From Candidatus Berkelbacteria bacterium (GTDB taxonomy: Bacteria; Patescibacteriota; UBA1384; 2-12-FULL-50-11): a stretch of DNA of 45,809 nt. The first letter of the stretch is position 1, and every line of letters begins with the position of its first letter. The notes under the pieces are model-generated. The model ran no database searches. It was not told the origin of the DNA and worked only from the letters and a program-made list of their open reading frames with translations. A program made the position numbers and the translations under genes. Positions 24,830 to 34,473 of this stretch are shown one piece after another. The stretch covers positions 1-45,809 of the forward strand of contig JAUSEP010000086.1 of the NCBI GenBank assembly GCA_030650195.1, written 5' to 3'.

Positions 24830-26500
24830 ATGTTAAGGGTAACCAATCTAAATAAGAACTATGGACCGCAAACGGTTCTAGAAAACATTGACCTTACCCT
24901 TTCACGAGGGCAGAAGGTTGCGTTAGTCGGCTCCAATGGAGCTGGCAAAACCACGTTGCTGAAAATCATCGCCGGGCTAGAGGAACCCGATGGTGGAAGA
25001 ATCGAATTCGAAAAAGGTGCTATGATCGGCTACTTACCACAAGACACAAGTCTGTCAGGTAGCCAAACTGTTGCCGCGTACCTTGAAGAGGTTACCGGCA
25101 TAGCTGCATTGGAACGAAGGATGGGTGAGTTAAGTAATGAGCTTGCTGATCCGCAGGTCAAGAAAGACTATGACGACGTAGTTGACCAATACGAACGACT
25201 CGATGGTTACACGTTTTCGCACCGCATGGAGACGATTCTACTCGGATTTGATCTTGGTAAGGAACTAGTCGAGAGACCGTTAGATCAACTCAGTAGTGGC
25301 CAGAAGAGCAAGGTCTTTTTAGCGGGCATCCTTCTGCGCGGCGTTGACTTGTTGCTACTTGACGAGCCGACCAACAACATCGATCTTCCAACCCTCATAT
25401 GGCTGGAGGACTTTCTGATGCGATCCCAGGCAGCGTGCTTGATCGTATCTCACGACAGACGTTTCCTGGACAGGATAGTCAAAAGAGTCTTTGAGCTAGA
25501 TCCTCAGACACGCTCAATCAATGTTTCAAACGGCAAATACAGCGACTATTTGGATCTCAAAGTGAAGAATCTAGAGAGACAAAAGGAGCAATACCGTTTG
25601 CAGCAAGATGAGATCGAACGTCTTGAGGCCCAAGCCAGAACCAAACGTGTCGAGGCGGAAAAGGGTTCGAAATGGATGGGCTCCGACAACGACAAATTTC
25701 TTCGCGGTTTCAAGCGAGACCGGGCTGGCAAGTCGTCCAAGGTAGCTAAGTCCATAGAGAAGCGGATCGAGCAAATGGACAAAGTCGATCGTCCGATCGA
25801 GAAAGACATTCTATCGATCAAACTCAATGCAGCCGACGTATACGGTTCGACCACCGTGAAGCTGACCGAGGTGACAGCTGGCTATGACGGGTTCAGTATT
25901 GGCCCAATGTCGCTGGAAGTCCGTCTCGGAAATAGGGTTGCTATTATGGGGCCAAATGGTGCCGGTAAATCCACCTTACTCAAGGTGGTGACCGGTGAAC
26001 TGACTCCTCTGAGCGGGACTGTTGAGGTTGGCTCCGGAGTGAGGACGGGTAACATGATGCAAGAGCATCAAACCCTACCACGGGACTTGTCGCCGCTGAG
26101 CTACCTAATGGAACAGGCAGGATTGGATCTTTCATCTGCCTATTCCAAGTTGGCACAGTTCGGTATCGATGAAATCTCATCTAGAGGAACCATCGCCGAA
26201 CTTAGCCCCGGTGGTCGCGCTCGTCTTATCCTGGCGCACTTTTCGGCAGTCTCGATTAACACGCTGGTTCTTGACGAACCCACCAACCATCTTGACCTCG
26301 AGGCCCTCGAAGCCTTAGAGCAAACAATCTCATCTTACGAGGGGTCTGTGATCCTCGTATCCCACGATCGTTTCTTTCTTGAAAAAACGAACGTAGACTC
26401 GGCCTACTTGCTCACTGAAGGCATATTGCGCAAGGTTACATATACTGAGTACCTGGCCCAAGCCGAACAGCGAGCCCGACGATTGTTGAAGATGTTTTGA
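24830..26500 (+). CDS. ABC-F family ribosome-associated ATPase
   Basis: Two ABC domains (GSNGAGKTT, GPNGAGKST, LDEPTN twice, SHDR twice), no TM; promoter TTGATA(24750)-17-TAGAAT. Confidence 0.93.
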   Translation: MLRVTNLNKNYGPQTVLENIDLTLSRGQKVALVGSNGAGKTTLLKIIAGLEEPDGGRIEFEKGAMIGYLPQDTSLSGSQTVAAYLEEVTGIAALERRMGELSNELADPQVKKDYDDVVDQYERLDGYTFSHRMETILLGFDLGKELVERPLDQLSSGQKSKVFLAGILLRGVDLLLLDEPTNNIDLPTLIWLEDFLMRSQAACLIVSHDRRFLDRIVKRVFELDPQTRSINVSNGKYSDYLDLKVKNLERQKEQYRLQQDEIERLEAQARTKRVEAEKGSKWMGSDNDKFLRGFKRDRAGKSSKVAKSIEKRIEQMDKVDRPIEKDILSIKLNAADVYGSTTVKLTEVTAGYDGFSIGPMSLEVRLGNRVAIMGPNGAGKSTLLKVVTGELTPLSGTVEVGSGVRTGNMMQEHQTLPRDLSPLSYLMEQAGLDLSSAYSKLAQFGIDEISSRGTIAELSPGGRARLILAHFSAVSINTLVLDEPTNHLDLEALEALEQTISSYEGSVILVSHDRFFLEKTNVDSAYLLTEGILRKVTYTEYLAQAEQRARRLLKMF

Positions 26501-26525
26501 GCCTACCCTTGCTGGTAGGCTTTTT
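26500..26525 (+). terminator. Intrinsic terminator
   Basis: AGCCTACC/GGTAGGCT then T tract. Confidence 0.8.
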
Positions 26526-26553
26526 ATAACCCAGGCCTTGGGATGCCGAAGTG

Positions 26554-27681
26554 TCAGGATTGCGATTGTATAGCTGGCTTAAGCCTCTCGGCTACTAGCT
26601 CCCAGACGTGAATAAAGCGGTGGTTACCATATTGCTTCATTTGCTCCAGGTAATTCTGATAGTTACATTCAGTTTTTAGGTAAACTCCCAGATTTTCGTT
26701 GATGCTACTGATATAGGCCAGGGTTTGTTTGCACGATTCAGATTCCGCAAAGACTTTTTTGAATTCACTTTCGTCTTGGCAATTGTTCTTTATGACGATT
26801 GAGCCTAGGATAAGATCTCTAGTAAGAGACGGGGGACCTAGATTACCAGTTGCAATAATAGACTCTCCACGAGAGGCTTCTTCCATTCTCTCAAGTAGAG
26901 AATCTCTAATAGCAGCGTCTTCTTTATCTTGGGTAATAATGGTCTGGTTCAAGGCGTTGATTACATCATAGGATAGCGGGAGTTTCTCCCCATCTTTTTT
27001 TCTGATAACAGAAAGAACTTTTTCTGCGATCCTTTGAGCTGTAGAGAAGCCCATAAACCTCGTAAGGAGTGCAAGCTCGTTATATGTATAGTTACCACTC
27101 TCGCCACCCCTTAGGGTAACTGTATGCCACCCTTCTGCTGAAGAAGAATGCATTTCACTGTCGAAGATTGCTAGTCCCGGCTTGATTTCACAAACCCTGA
27201 CATCCTTATCTCCAAATGATCTTGAAAGGAGTGTTAACATTGACGTCCCAATTCCAGCAAACGCAGCCTTGTTAATAATCGGAAGATTTTCGAGCCTTTC
27301 CCCGTGAGTAAAGGGAATATCCAAACCCAGACCTCCTGATCCAGTAGTACCAATCTGGATGTATTGGATAGGTGGATCAAGCTGTTTAAGAGTCTTGTAA
27401 AGCTCAAGGTAGAACGCGATTAATTTTGAGTAATTCTGCGCGGGTGAACCAGAAAAGATTGTGGCAATGTTAATACAGTTGACAATGACGTCCGGTTTCA
27501 GAGAGACGATAAGCTCAAGGGTTGCCGGGTCAGTAATGTCGGTCTTTTTATAAGGTATGTTAGTAGATGATTGCGGTGATATATCGAGCGAAGTTACTTG
27601 GTAGTCCTGAGCCATCCTTAAGGCAACTTCTCTACCGATCAAACCATTACCACCGAGAACAAGTGCAATTCCTTTCTTCAT
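26554..27681 (-). CDS. Atypical NAD(P)-binding SDR/epimerase-like oxidoreductase
   Basis: LVLGGNGLIG Rossmann motif, DITD, PDVIVNC; no clear YxxxK. Confidence 0.7.
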   Translation of the reverse strand: MKKGIALVLGGNGLIGREVALRMAQDYQVTSLDISPQSSTNIPYKKTDITDPATLELIVSLKPDVIVNCINIATIFSGSPAQNYSKLIAFYLELYKTLKQLDPPIQYIQIGTTGSGGLGLDIPFTHGERLENLPIINKAAFAGIGTSMLTLLSRSFGDKDVRVCEIKPGLAIFDSEMHSSSAEGWHTVTLRGGESGNYTYNELALLTRFMGFSTAQRIAEKVLSVIRKKDGEKLPLSYDVINALNQTIITQDKEDAAIRDSLLERMEEASRGESIIATGNLGPPSLTRDLILGSIVIKNNCQDESEFKKVFAESESCKQTLAYISSINENLGVYLKTECNYQNYLEQMKQYGNHRFIHVWELVAERLKPAIQSQS

Positions 27682-27736
27682 AAGCTCGAGTATATTCTTT
27701 GGCAGTCTCTTGGGGAATGGTGTATGATTTCTTCGG

Positions 27737-29263
27737 ATGGAACTCCGTATTAGAAAGAGATCGGCGGCAGAATACTACGAAAATTTTTTGTCGTGGGATG
27801 TTGAAAGGCAAGCAGCCGAACTTACTCATAGAACTCCTGAGTTTTGGGAGAGAATAGGTGGAGAAAAAGCGCTAGAAACTTTTCATGATGCGGCGGAAAA
27901 GGTACCAGCTTACAAGAAATTCCTGGCTGAGAATGGTATTGACCATCGGGAGGTTGTTTCTCTCGATGATTTTAAAAAAGTACCACCAGTTAATAAGGAA
28001 AACTACCTGCGTCGCTACCCCTTACACGAATTATGCTGGGACGGTGCGTTAACCAAAATGAACGTTATCTCAGTTAGCTCTGGGACTAGCGGTAAACCCT
28101 TCTTCTGGCCCAGAGACATCTGGCAGGAACATGAGGTCGATCACTACTATGAGCTGACACTGAGATACTTATTTGGGGCACACGAAAAGAAGACCCTAAT
28201 ATTAGTTGCTTTTGCTATGGGGATGTATATAGCTGGCCCATTTACCTTTGCGTCATGCTTAAGAATTGCAGAGAAGGGTTATCCGATTTCTATTGCAACT
28301 CCAAGCAATGACATCGAAGCCATTCTTAAGGTGGTTCAAGATCTTTCCGGAGAGTTTGACCAGGTTATTATTGGCGGATACCCACCACTAGTCAGAGACA
28401 TTATTGATTCTGGGGTGAGAGCGGGAATCGACTGGAAAGAAAAGAATACCAAGTTATTCTTTGGAGGAGAGAGTTTTAGCGAAAAATGGCGTAACTATAT
28501 ACTTTCACTAATCAATGGCGGAAGCTCACTAGACTCGGCTGTAAATATGTACGGAACCGCTGACGCAGCACTGCTTGGGATCGAAACTCCCACATCTATT
28601 TCGCTTCGAAAAGTAGCTGCAGCAGACCCAAAATCACTCAAGGAGATTTTTAATAGCGAACGGTTGCCGTCGGTACTCTCCTACAACCCACTGCTTAACT
28701 ATTTCGAAACTACCGAATCGGGAAATCTACTCTTCACCTCTTCTTCTGGCGTACCCCTCATCCGTTACAGCATTGGTGATGTTGGCGGGACTGTCTCGTA
28801 TGATAATGCAATGAGAGTAGTCTCGGAGAATAGTGACCTCTTCCAAGAATACGAGAAGCGAGACATAGACTGGAAACTGCCTCTTGTTTACCTATTCGGT
28901 AGAGACGACTTTACCGTCGTCCTTTATGGCGCCAATGTCTACCCGGAAAATATAAAAGAAGCTCTTGACGACCCTAGAATTAATCATTTGGTGAGTGGGA
29001 AGTTTATTCTCAGCAAGGGAGATCGACGCGATCTTTCCCCATACCTAGATCTGAAGATCGAGATGGCTCAAGGCATCAAGCCCGAAAGGTCTATGGTCAA
29101 TCTCATAAAGAGGGCTGTGGTAGAAACTATAAGGAGCCATAACTCTGAATACAACTTTATCCACGAGACTATAAAGAAAAAGGCCGAACCACGGATCAGG
29201 TTGGAAGAGTATGGTAGCAAGGACTTCAAATTCGGCATCAAACACCGTTGGGTCAATGCTTAA
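27737..29263 (+). CDS. Phenylacetate--CoA ligase (PaaK)-family adenylate-forming enzyme
   Basis: SSGTSGKP, YGTAD, PLIRYSIGD, GRDD, GANVYPENI. Confidence 0.88.
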   Translation: MELRIRKRSAAEYYENFLSWDVERQAAELTHRTPEFWERIGGEKALETFHDAAEKVPAYKKFLAENGIDHREVVSLDDFKKVPPVNKENYLRRYPLHELCWDGALTKMNVISVSSGTSGKPFFWPRDIWQEHEVDHYYELTLRYLFGAHEKKTLILVAFAMGMYIAGPFTFASCLRIAEKGYPISIATPSNDIEAILKVVQDLSGEFDQVIIGGYPPLVRDIIDSGVRAGIDWKEKNTKLFFGGESFSEKWRNYILSLINGGSSLDSAVNMYGTADAALLGIETPTSISLRKVAAADPKSLKEIFNSERLPSVLSYNPLLNYFETTESGNLLFTSSSGVPLIRYSIGDVGGTVSYDNAMRVVSENSDLFQEYEKRDIDWKLPLVYLFGRDDFTVVLYGANVYPENIKEALDDPRINHLVSGKFILSKGDRRDLSPYLDLKIEMAQGIKPERSMVNLIKRAVVETIRSHNSEYNFIHETIKKKAEPRIRLEEYGSKDFKFGIKHRWVNA

Positions 29264-30461
29264 GAACAACTCCCGAAGGGATGCTTCTGATTATCTTCCC
29301 GGGCTCTTTAGGGATCCTGCCGATCCTAATCTACTAAGTCTTAAAGATGACCCGAATATTGAACAGGTCGATACTCTTTCTCATGCCATCAACGAGCTTT
29401 TCGACATAGAACATCCTTGGCTAAAACCAGGTAACCCAGTATACGATCGAACCAGAGAATCTTTTATTGATAGGCGGGCAAGGGACCTAGATCTGAGCAA
29501 GCAAGGAGTTTGGGTCTACTACCCATGGGCTAGCAAGCTCGTCCATATTCCTGAGGAGAGCGTCTTCGTTCGTCTCAGGGGCTCGAGAAACCGTAATCTG
29601 GTAACTGAAAAAGAACAAAAAGTTATCCAGTCTAAGAAGGTTGGTATTGCGGGAATGAGTGTCGGCTCGAATATACTAAACGCTCTAGTTCTCACTAATG
29701 GGCCCCGACACTTAAAAATAGCTGATTTTGATGAAATCTCTATTCCAAATTTGAATCGGATTATGGCACCAATTCACGCTGTTGGGCTCAATAAGGCTAC
29801 TTTTTTTGCCAGGAAATCGTTTGAGGTTGATCCTTATCTGAATATTGACGTTTTCAATCACGGATTAGCCACAAAAGATTTCGACCAATTCTTTAAGCAG
29901 CCAAAACTAGACCTGTTTATCGAAGAAATGGACAACCCTTATCTTAAGATCCAATCACGAAAAGTCGCTCGAGCAGAGCGAATCCCTGTAATTATGGCGG
30001 CCGACAACGGTGACGGTGTGTTGATAGACGTCGAAAGATTTGACCTCGAGCCAGAAAGCCCGTTATTCCACGGCTGGTTGGACGATATGGATCTCGACAA
30101 CATATCCGAGAACCTTAGCTTCTCCCAAAAACTAACTATCATTGCTAATATGGTTCGTCTAGAGCAAGCAACGCCGCGAGCTCAAAACTCACTCGAAGAG
30201 GTGGGAACGGTGCTAAACACATGGCCCCAATTGGGCACCGCCGCTCTACTGGCTGGGGTCGCGCTGACCTTTGTTACTCGCAGGATACTATTGGGGCAGC
30301 CGATGCCATCCGGGCGCTACTCAATAGGCCTTGAAGAACATTTAGTACCTAACCACAATTCTTCCTCTGAGGTCTCGGCACGGAAGAACCACACCAACCA
30401 TATAATGAGCAATTTCCGTTCCTTCCAGCACTTTATAGAAGAAATCGGAAAAATAAAATGA
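29256..30461 (+). CDS. ThiF/E1-like adenylyltransferase (Rv1355c/MoeY-like)
   Basis: WVYYPW N-terminal extension, VGIAGMSVGS, IADFDEISIPNLNR, DVERFDLEP, WPQLG; start overlaps the upstream stop. Confidence 0.88.
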   Translation: MLKNNSRRDASDYLPGLFRDPADPNLLSLKDDPNIEQVDTLSHAINELFDIEHPWLKPGNPVYDRTRESFIDRRARDLDLSKQGVWVYYPWASKLVHIPEESVFVRLRGSRNRNLVTEKEQKVIQSKKVGIAGMSVGSNILNALVLTNGPRHLKIADFDEISIPNLNRIMAPIHAVGLNKATFFARKSFEVDPYLNIDVFNHGLATKDFDQFFKQPKLDLFIEEMDNPYLKIQSRKVARAERIPVIMAADNGDGVLIDVERFDLEPESPLFHGWLDDMDLDNISENLSFSQKLTIIANMVRLEQATPRAQNSLEEVGTVLNTWPQLGTAALLAGVALTFVTRRILLGQPMPSGRYSIGLEEHLVPNHNSSSEVSARKNHTNHIMSNFRSFQHFIEEIGKIK

Positions 30462-31492
30462 ATATTAGCTCGAATGTTTGGGACATTAAACCACGAGATT
30501 TTCCTGCAAAAGCTATCAACGCAGATAAGATCTCCTATTTACTCAGATACGCAATCTTGGCACCTTCGGCACACAATGTTCAGCCCTGGCAATGCAAGAT
30601 TGTTAATAACGGAGCAGAGATTCATCGTCATCCGACCAGAGCTCTTGACGTCTCAGACCCAACAAAAAGGCAGACAACCATTTCGTTGGGTGCCTTCGTC
30701 TGTAACTTCGTTACTGCTGCTAGTGCTTTTGGCATAAAATCCCAAACTGATTGGTTTGAATCGGGAGGCGAGGGGGGAATGGTAGCGAAAGTTGCACTTT
30801 CGGGATTAGAAAACGCTCAACTCGAGCCTAAAAGAGCCCAAGACTTAGAAAATATTATTGGGAGACGGGTTAACCGAACGGAGTATTCTGCGAAGAAGAT
30901 TGATCGGGCAACGCAGGACAGCATCTTACAACTAAATGCAGATCCAGATCTACAGATACATTTGGAGGCAGATACAAACGCAATAGATAAATTGGCACAG
31001 GTAGTTGAGACTGGTACTAAATTCGCTTTCAGTAATCCAGCCTTCAGGCTAGAACTTTCTGGATATGTTACGCCTAACAATAGTAGCCGCAGAGATGGAA
31101 TTCCTGGTTATACCGCTAATCTAAATCTTATCTCATCCCATTTTCTTCCATGGCTAATGAAGAGAGTTGACATTGGCTCCCCCCAGGCAAGTAAGGAGGG
31201 GCGGATGATAAGGAATTGTTCTCATGTATTAACAATTTCGAGTTCAACTGATAACGAGCTAGCTTGGCTAAATTCCGGATTCTTGTTTGAAAAAGTTGCT
31301 CTATTTTTAACAGAGAGGGGAATATCTATCAGTTTGTCTGGCGCAGCCATAGAACCACCACTTGCTCCTAATGTCGTCCAGAAAATTATAAAAACAGATT
31401 TCAGGCCACAGATCCTGTGTCGTTTAGGATATTCCAACAAGCTACCGCGCCACTCCCCTAGATATCCCGTAACTGATATATTGTTGAAGTAA
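30458..31492 (+). CDS. Nitroreductase-superfamily FMN oxidoreductase (Acg-like)
   Basis: ILAPSAHNVQPW, RRVNR, PQILCRLGY, SPRYP; ATGA overlap with the ThiF gene. Confidence 0.88.
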   Translation: MNISSNVWDIKPRDFPAKAINADKISYLLRYAILAPSAHNVQPWQCKIVNNGAEIHRHPTRALDVSDPTKRQTTISLGAFVCNFVTAASAFGIKSQTDWFESGGEGGMVAKVALSGLENAQLEPKRAQDLENIIGRRVNRTEYSAKKIDRATQDSILQLNADPDLQIHLEADTNAIDKLAQVVETGTKFAFSNPAFRLELSGYVTPNNSSRRDGIPGYTANLNLISSHFLPWLMKRVDIGSPQASKEGRMIRNCSHVLTISSSTDNELAWLNSGFLFEKVALFLTERGISISLSGAAIEPPLAPNVVQKIIKTDFRPQILCRLGYSNKLPRHSPRYPVTDILLK

Positions 31493-31510
31493 GGAGGGAA
31501 ACTGCTCGAA

Positions 31511-33784
31511 TTGAGCATATTGGTTGTAAGTGCTCTTGCTAATTTGGTTCTGGCTTTACTGACGTATCACGGTAATCCCAAAAGCCACACAAATAGACTT
31601 TTTGCCACGGTGGTGGTGATTACGATCTTTTGGCTTTTCGCAAACTATATAGAGTTCAGCTCAACAACAGAAGGACTCGCTTTGATCTCTGTAAGAATTG
31701 TTATGTTTTTTGCTACTGCTCAAATTTACAGTTTATTTTTACTAGTACACACCTTCCCGGGCGAGAAAATTACTCTAAGAAGGCCAATCTTATTTATCAC
31801 GCTAATTTATACAATTTTTGTAATGCTCGTCACTCTTTCGCCCTACCTATTTACGTCCATAAAGAGCTTTGATCCAATACCAAACCCAACTGCAGGTCCG
31901 GGTATGATATTCTTTGCGCTTCTAGTGCTAGGGATATTTGGTAGCACAATAATTATTTTAATAAAAAAGACTTTTCGGGCGTCGGGCATATTAAAAACTC
32001 AGCTTTTCTACCTATCGCTTGGGATAATTTCAACTTTTGGCCTAATAGCTATTAGCAATTTTCTTTTGGTGCTAGTGTTCAATAACACAACGCTACTTCC
32101 CTACACGCCTCTGTACACTCTTATACTGGTTGGGACAACAACGTATGCTATCGCCAAACACGGGCTATTCAACGTTAAAGTTGTTCTTGCGGGAGTAGCC
32201 GCTGTCGCCATCATCTTTATCAACCTACTGCAGGTATTTTCTGCTGAAAATTCCAGCCAACTTATCTTCCGATTGATCGTTTTGGTTTTGATTACCATAT
32301 TTAGCTATCTGTTCTTCCGTTCAGTTCAAACTGAGGTAAAGAGACGCGAGGAGGTTGAAGTATTGGCCAAGGAGAAAACAGCAGCATTGGGTGAGATTGA
32401 AGAACGTAATAAAAACCTAGCAACGCTACAGCGAATTTCCGACATCGTTCTAAACGAAAGTGAGATGAAGATAATGGCGCAGAAGATTTTGGATGAGATA
32501 CCAAAACAACTAGAATCGTGCGCAGGGGCAATGCTTTCAGTTGTTAAAGACAGCCAGTTAGTAGCATACGCACTGTCACAACATCAGTTCTCCGCTAAGA
32601 TACTATCCTTGGTTGGAGGTGATTTAGAAAAATACAGCTTCCCAGTTAAAAAAGATTTTAACTTAAGCCACACGGTACTGGTAGACAAAGAACCTCATGA
32701 TTCAGATTCTTTGAGTGATTTTATTAGTCCACCAATTTCTAAAGCAGTTGCCTTAACAATTCAAAAAATGATTGGTGCCAGACATATCGAAGCATTCCCA
32801 CTTTATGCTGGAGGTGAACCGTTCGGAGTAATGATGTTTGTTTTCACGGAATCTAAAGATCAAGTTCACGAACAAAACCATTCAATTGCTAAAGCAATCT
32901 CTGATGATATGTCTCTTGCTATTCAGAGAGCTCAAGCCTACACAAAGCTTAAAGAAGCTAATGCGTATTTAGCTGACCTAGACAAACTTAAAGACGAATT
33001 CATATCTATGGCCTCCCACGAGCTAAATACGCCTCTAGCGGCCATTGAGGGCTACCTATCTATGGTTCTAGATGAAGGGTTAGGTAAGGTAGATCCCAAG
33101 GCCAAGGAATATTTAAACCGTGCTTATGATTCTAGTAAACGTTTAGCGGAATTAATCTTAGATCTTCTTAATGTATCTCGTATTGAACAGGGTAGATTAA
33201 AGATGAAGTTTACTAAGACTAATTTTGCTTCCCTAGTTGATTCCGTTATCAAAGAATTACAGCTTAAGGCAGATACGAAGAAGTTATATCTAAAACTTGA
33301 AACATCTAAGACCGAACTTCCCGAAACTTTCTGTGACCCAGACCGAATCCGTGAAGTTTTTGTTAACCTAATCGGTAACTCAATTAAATTCACAGACAAA
33401 GGTGGTATTACGGTTAAGCTATCTAAACCAGACGACCACATTCGAGCAGAAGTAGTAGATACCGGTCGAGGTATTGCCGAAGCCGACCAGAAGTTATTAT
33501 TCCAGAAGTTCTCCCAAGTAAAGCGTGAAATAGACGAACACCAAGGAACCGGATTGGGTCTGTATATCAGTAAAAACTTTGTGGAGTTACATAAAGGTCG
33601 TATTGGTGTCACCTCAGAACAAGGCAAGGGAGCAACATTCTTCTTTGAGATTCCAATTATGAAATCTGCACCAAAAGAAGTAGCTGGGGCGATGCTGGAT
33701 AAACCAGTAAACGCTGCCCAAATTGAAAGCGGTCCAAAAGGTGTACCAGCAATAGTGGCCGAGTCGAGCAAGGTGAAAGTGTAA
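31511..33784 (+). CDS. Membrane sensor histidine kinase (multi-TM N-terminus, GAF-like domain, HisKA, HATPase)
   Basis: About 8 hydrophobic segments; SHELNTPL, NLIGNSIKFT, DTGRGI, GTGLGL; AAGGAGG before TTG start. Confidence 0.93.
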   Translation: MSILVVSALANLVLALLTYHGNPKSHTNRLFATVVVITIFWLFANYIEFSSTTEGLALISVRIVMFFATAQIYSLFLLVHTFPGEKITLRRPILFITLIYTIFVMLVTLSPYLFTSIKSFDPIPNPTAGPGMIFFALLVLGIFGSTIIILIKKTFRASGILKTQLFYLSLGIISTFGLIAISNFLLVLVFNNTTLLPYTPLYTLILVGTTTYAIAKHGLFNVKVVLAGVAAVAIIFINLLQVFSAENSSQLIFRLIVLVLITIFSYLFFRSVQTEVKRREEVEVLAKEKTAALGEIEERNKNLATLQRISDIVLNESEMKIMAQKILDEIPKQLESCAGAMLSVVKDSQLVAYALSQHQFSAKILSLVGGDLEKYSFPVKKDFNLSHTVLVDKEPHDSDSLSDFISPPISKAVALTIQKMIGARHIEAFPLYAGGEPFGVMMFVFTESKDQVHEQNHSIAKAISDDMSLAIQRAQAYTKLKEANAYLADLDKLKDEFISMASHELNTPLAAIEGYLSMVLDEGLGKVDPKAKEYLNRAYDSSKRLAELILDLLNVSRIEQGRLKMKFTKTNFASLVDSVIKELQLKADTKKLYLKLETSKTELPETFCDPDRIREVFVNLIGNSIKFTDKGGITVKLSKPDDHIRAEVVDTGRGIAEADQKLLFQKFSQVKREIDEHQGTGLGLYISKNFVELHKGRIGVTSEQGKGATFFFEIPIMKSAPKEVAGAMLDKPVNAAQIESGPKGVPAIVAESSKVKV

Positions 33785-33819
33785 AGGGGTCTTGACAAAG
33801 TATTTAGTCCATATAATAA

Positions 33820-33838
33820 TTGTATGTAATGAATACAA
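33820..33838. promoter_or_regulatory. Candidate toxin-antitoxin operator
   Basis: TTGTAT-7 nt-ATACAA inverted repeat just downstream of TTGACA/TATAAT and over the antitoxin start. Confidence 0.55.
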
Positions 33839-34071
33839 AGATTGTTAATTTATCTTTACCAAAGAACCTACTTGATATGGTTGATGAAGCGGCCAAGGCG
33901 GAGTATCGAACTCGAAGCGAGTTAGTCCGGGAAGCCCTACGACAGTACGTTGGAAGAGAAAAGTTCTCAAAACTGACAACCTCACTTAGGGAGTTCGCTG
34001 CCCAGCAAGGGTTTAAGCCCGAGGATGTGAACAGGCTGATTAAAGAGTACAGAGCAGAAAAAGCTAGTTAA
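33829..34071 (+). CDS. Ribbon-helix-helix (CopG-like) antitoxin
   Basis: IVNLSLPKNLLDMVDEAAKAEYRTRSELVREALR. Confidence 0.85.
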   Translation: MNTKIVNLSLPKNLLDMVDEAAKAEYRTRSELVREALRQYVGREKFSKLTTSLREFAAQQGFKPEDVNRLIKEYRAEKAS

Positions 34072-34472
34072 TGAAGGTTGTACTCGACACAAACATTATT
34101 GTGTCGGGGTTGTTGTTCGGAGGTAAACCCCTCCAGATCCTTGAAGGGGTCGTCGACGGTAAAATTGAGGTGTATACCTCAGAAGTGTTAATGGATGAAT
34201 GTTTGCGTATTTTGGAAATGAAATTCGGACTATCCAGAGATCGTTTAACGGAGACAGAAGAATCGTTGAGGGAGAACTTTAAAATCGTGCGTCCACAGAC
34301 AACCGTTAAAATAGCTCGTGATACAGACGATGATGCTGTTCTAGCGGTTGCGCTTGAAGTTGGTGCAGACTTTCTAGTATCGGGTGATAATGACTTGTTA
34401 GTATTGAAGCACATTGCCAATATCCCTATCGTTGATCCCGGACAGTTCCTGAGTCAACTTACTCAAAGGTAA
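34071..34472 (+). CDS. PIN-domain toxin (VapC-like)
   Basis: VVLDTNIIVSG, RDTDDDAVL, VSGDNDLL; TAATG coupling to the antitoxin. Confidence 0.9.
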   Translation: MKVVLDTNIIVSGLLFGGKPLQILEGVVDGKIEVYTSEVLMDECLRILEMKFGLSRDRLTETEESLRENFKIVRPQTTVKIARDTDDDAVLAVALEVGADFLVSGDNDLLVLKHIANIPIVDPGQFLSQLTQR

Positions 34473-34473
34473 C

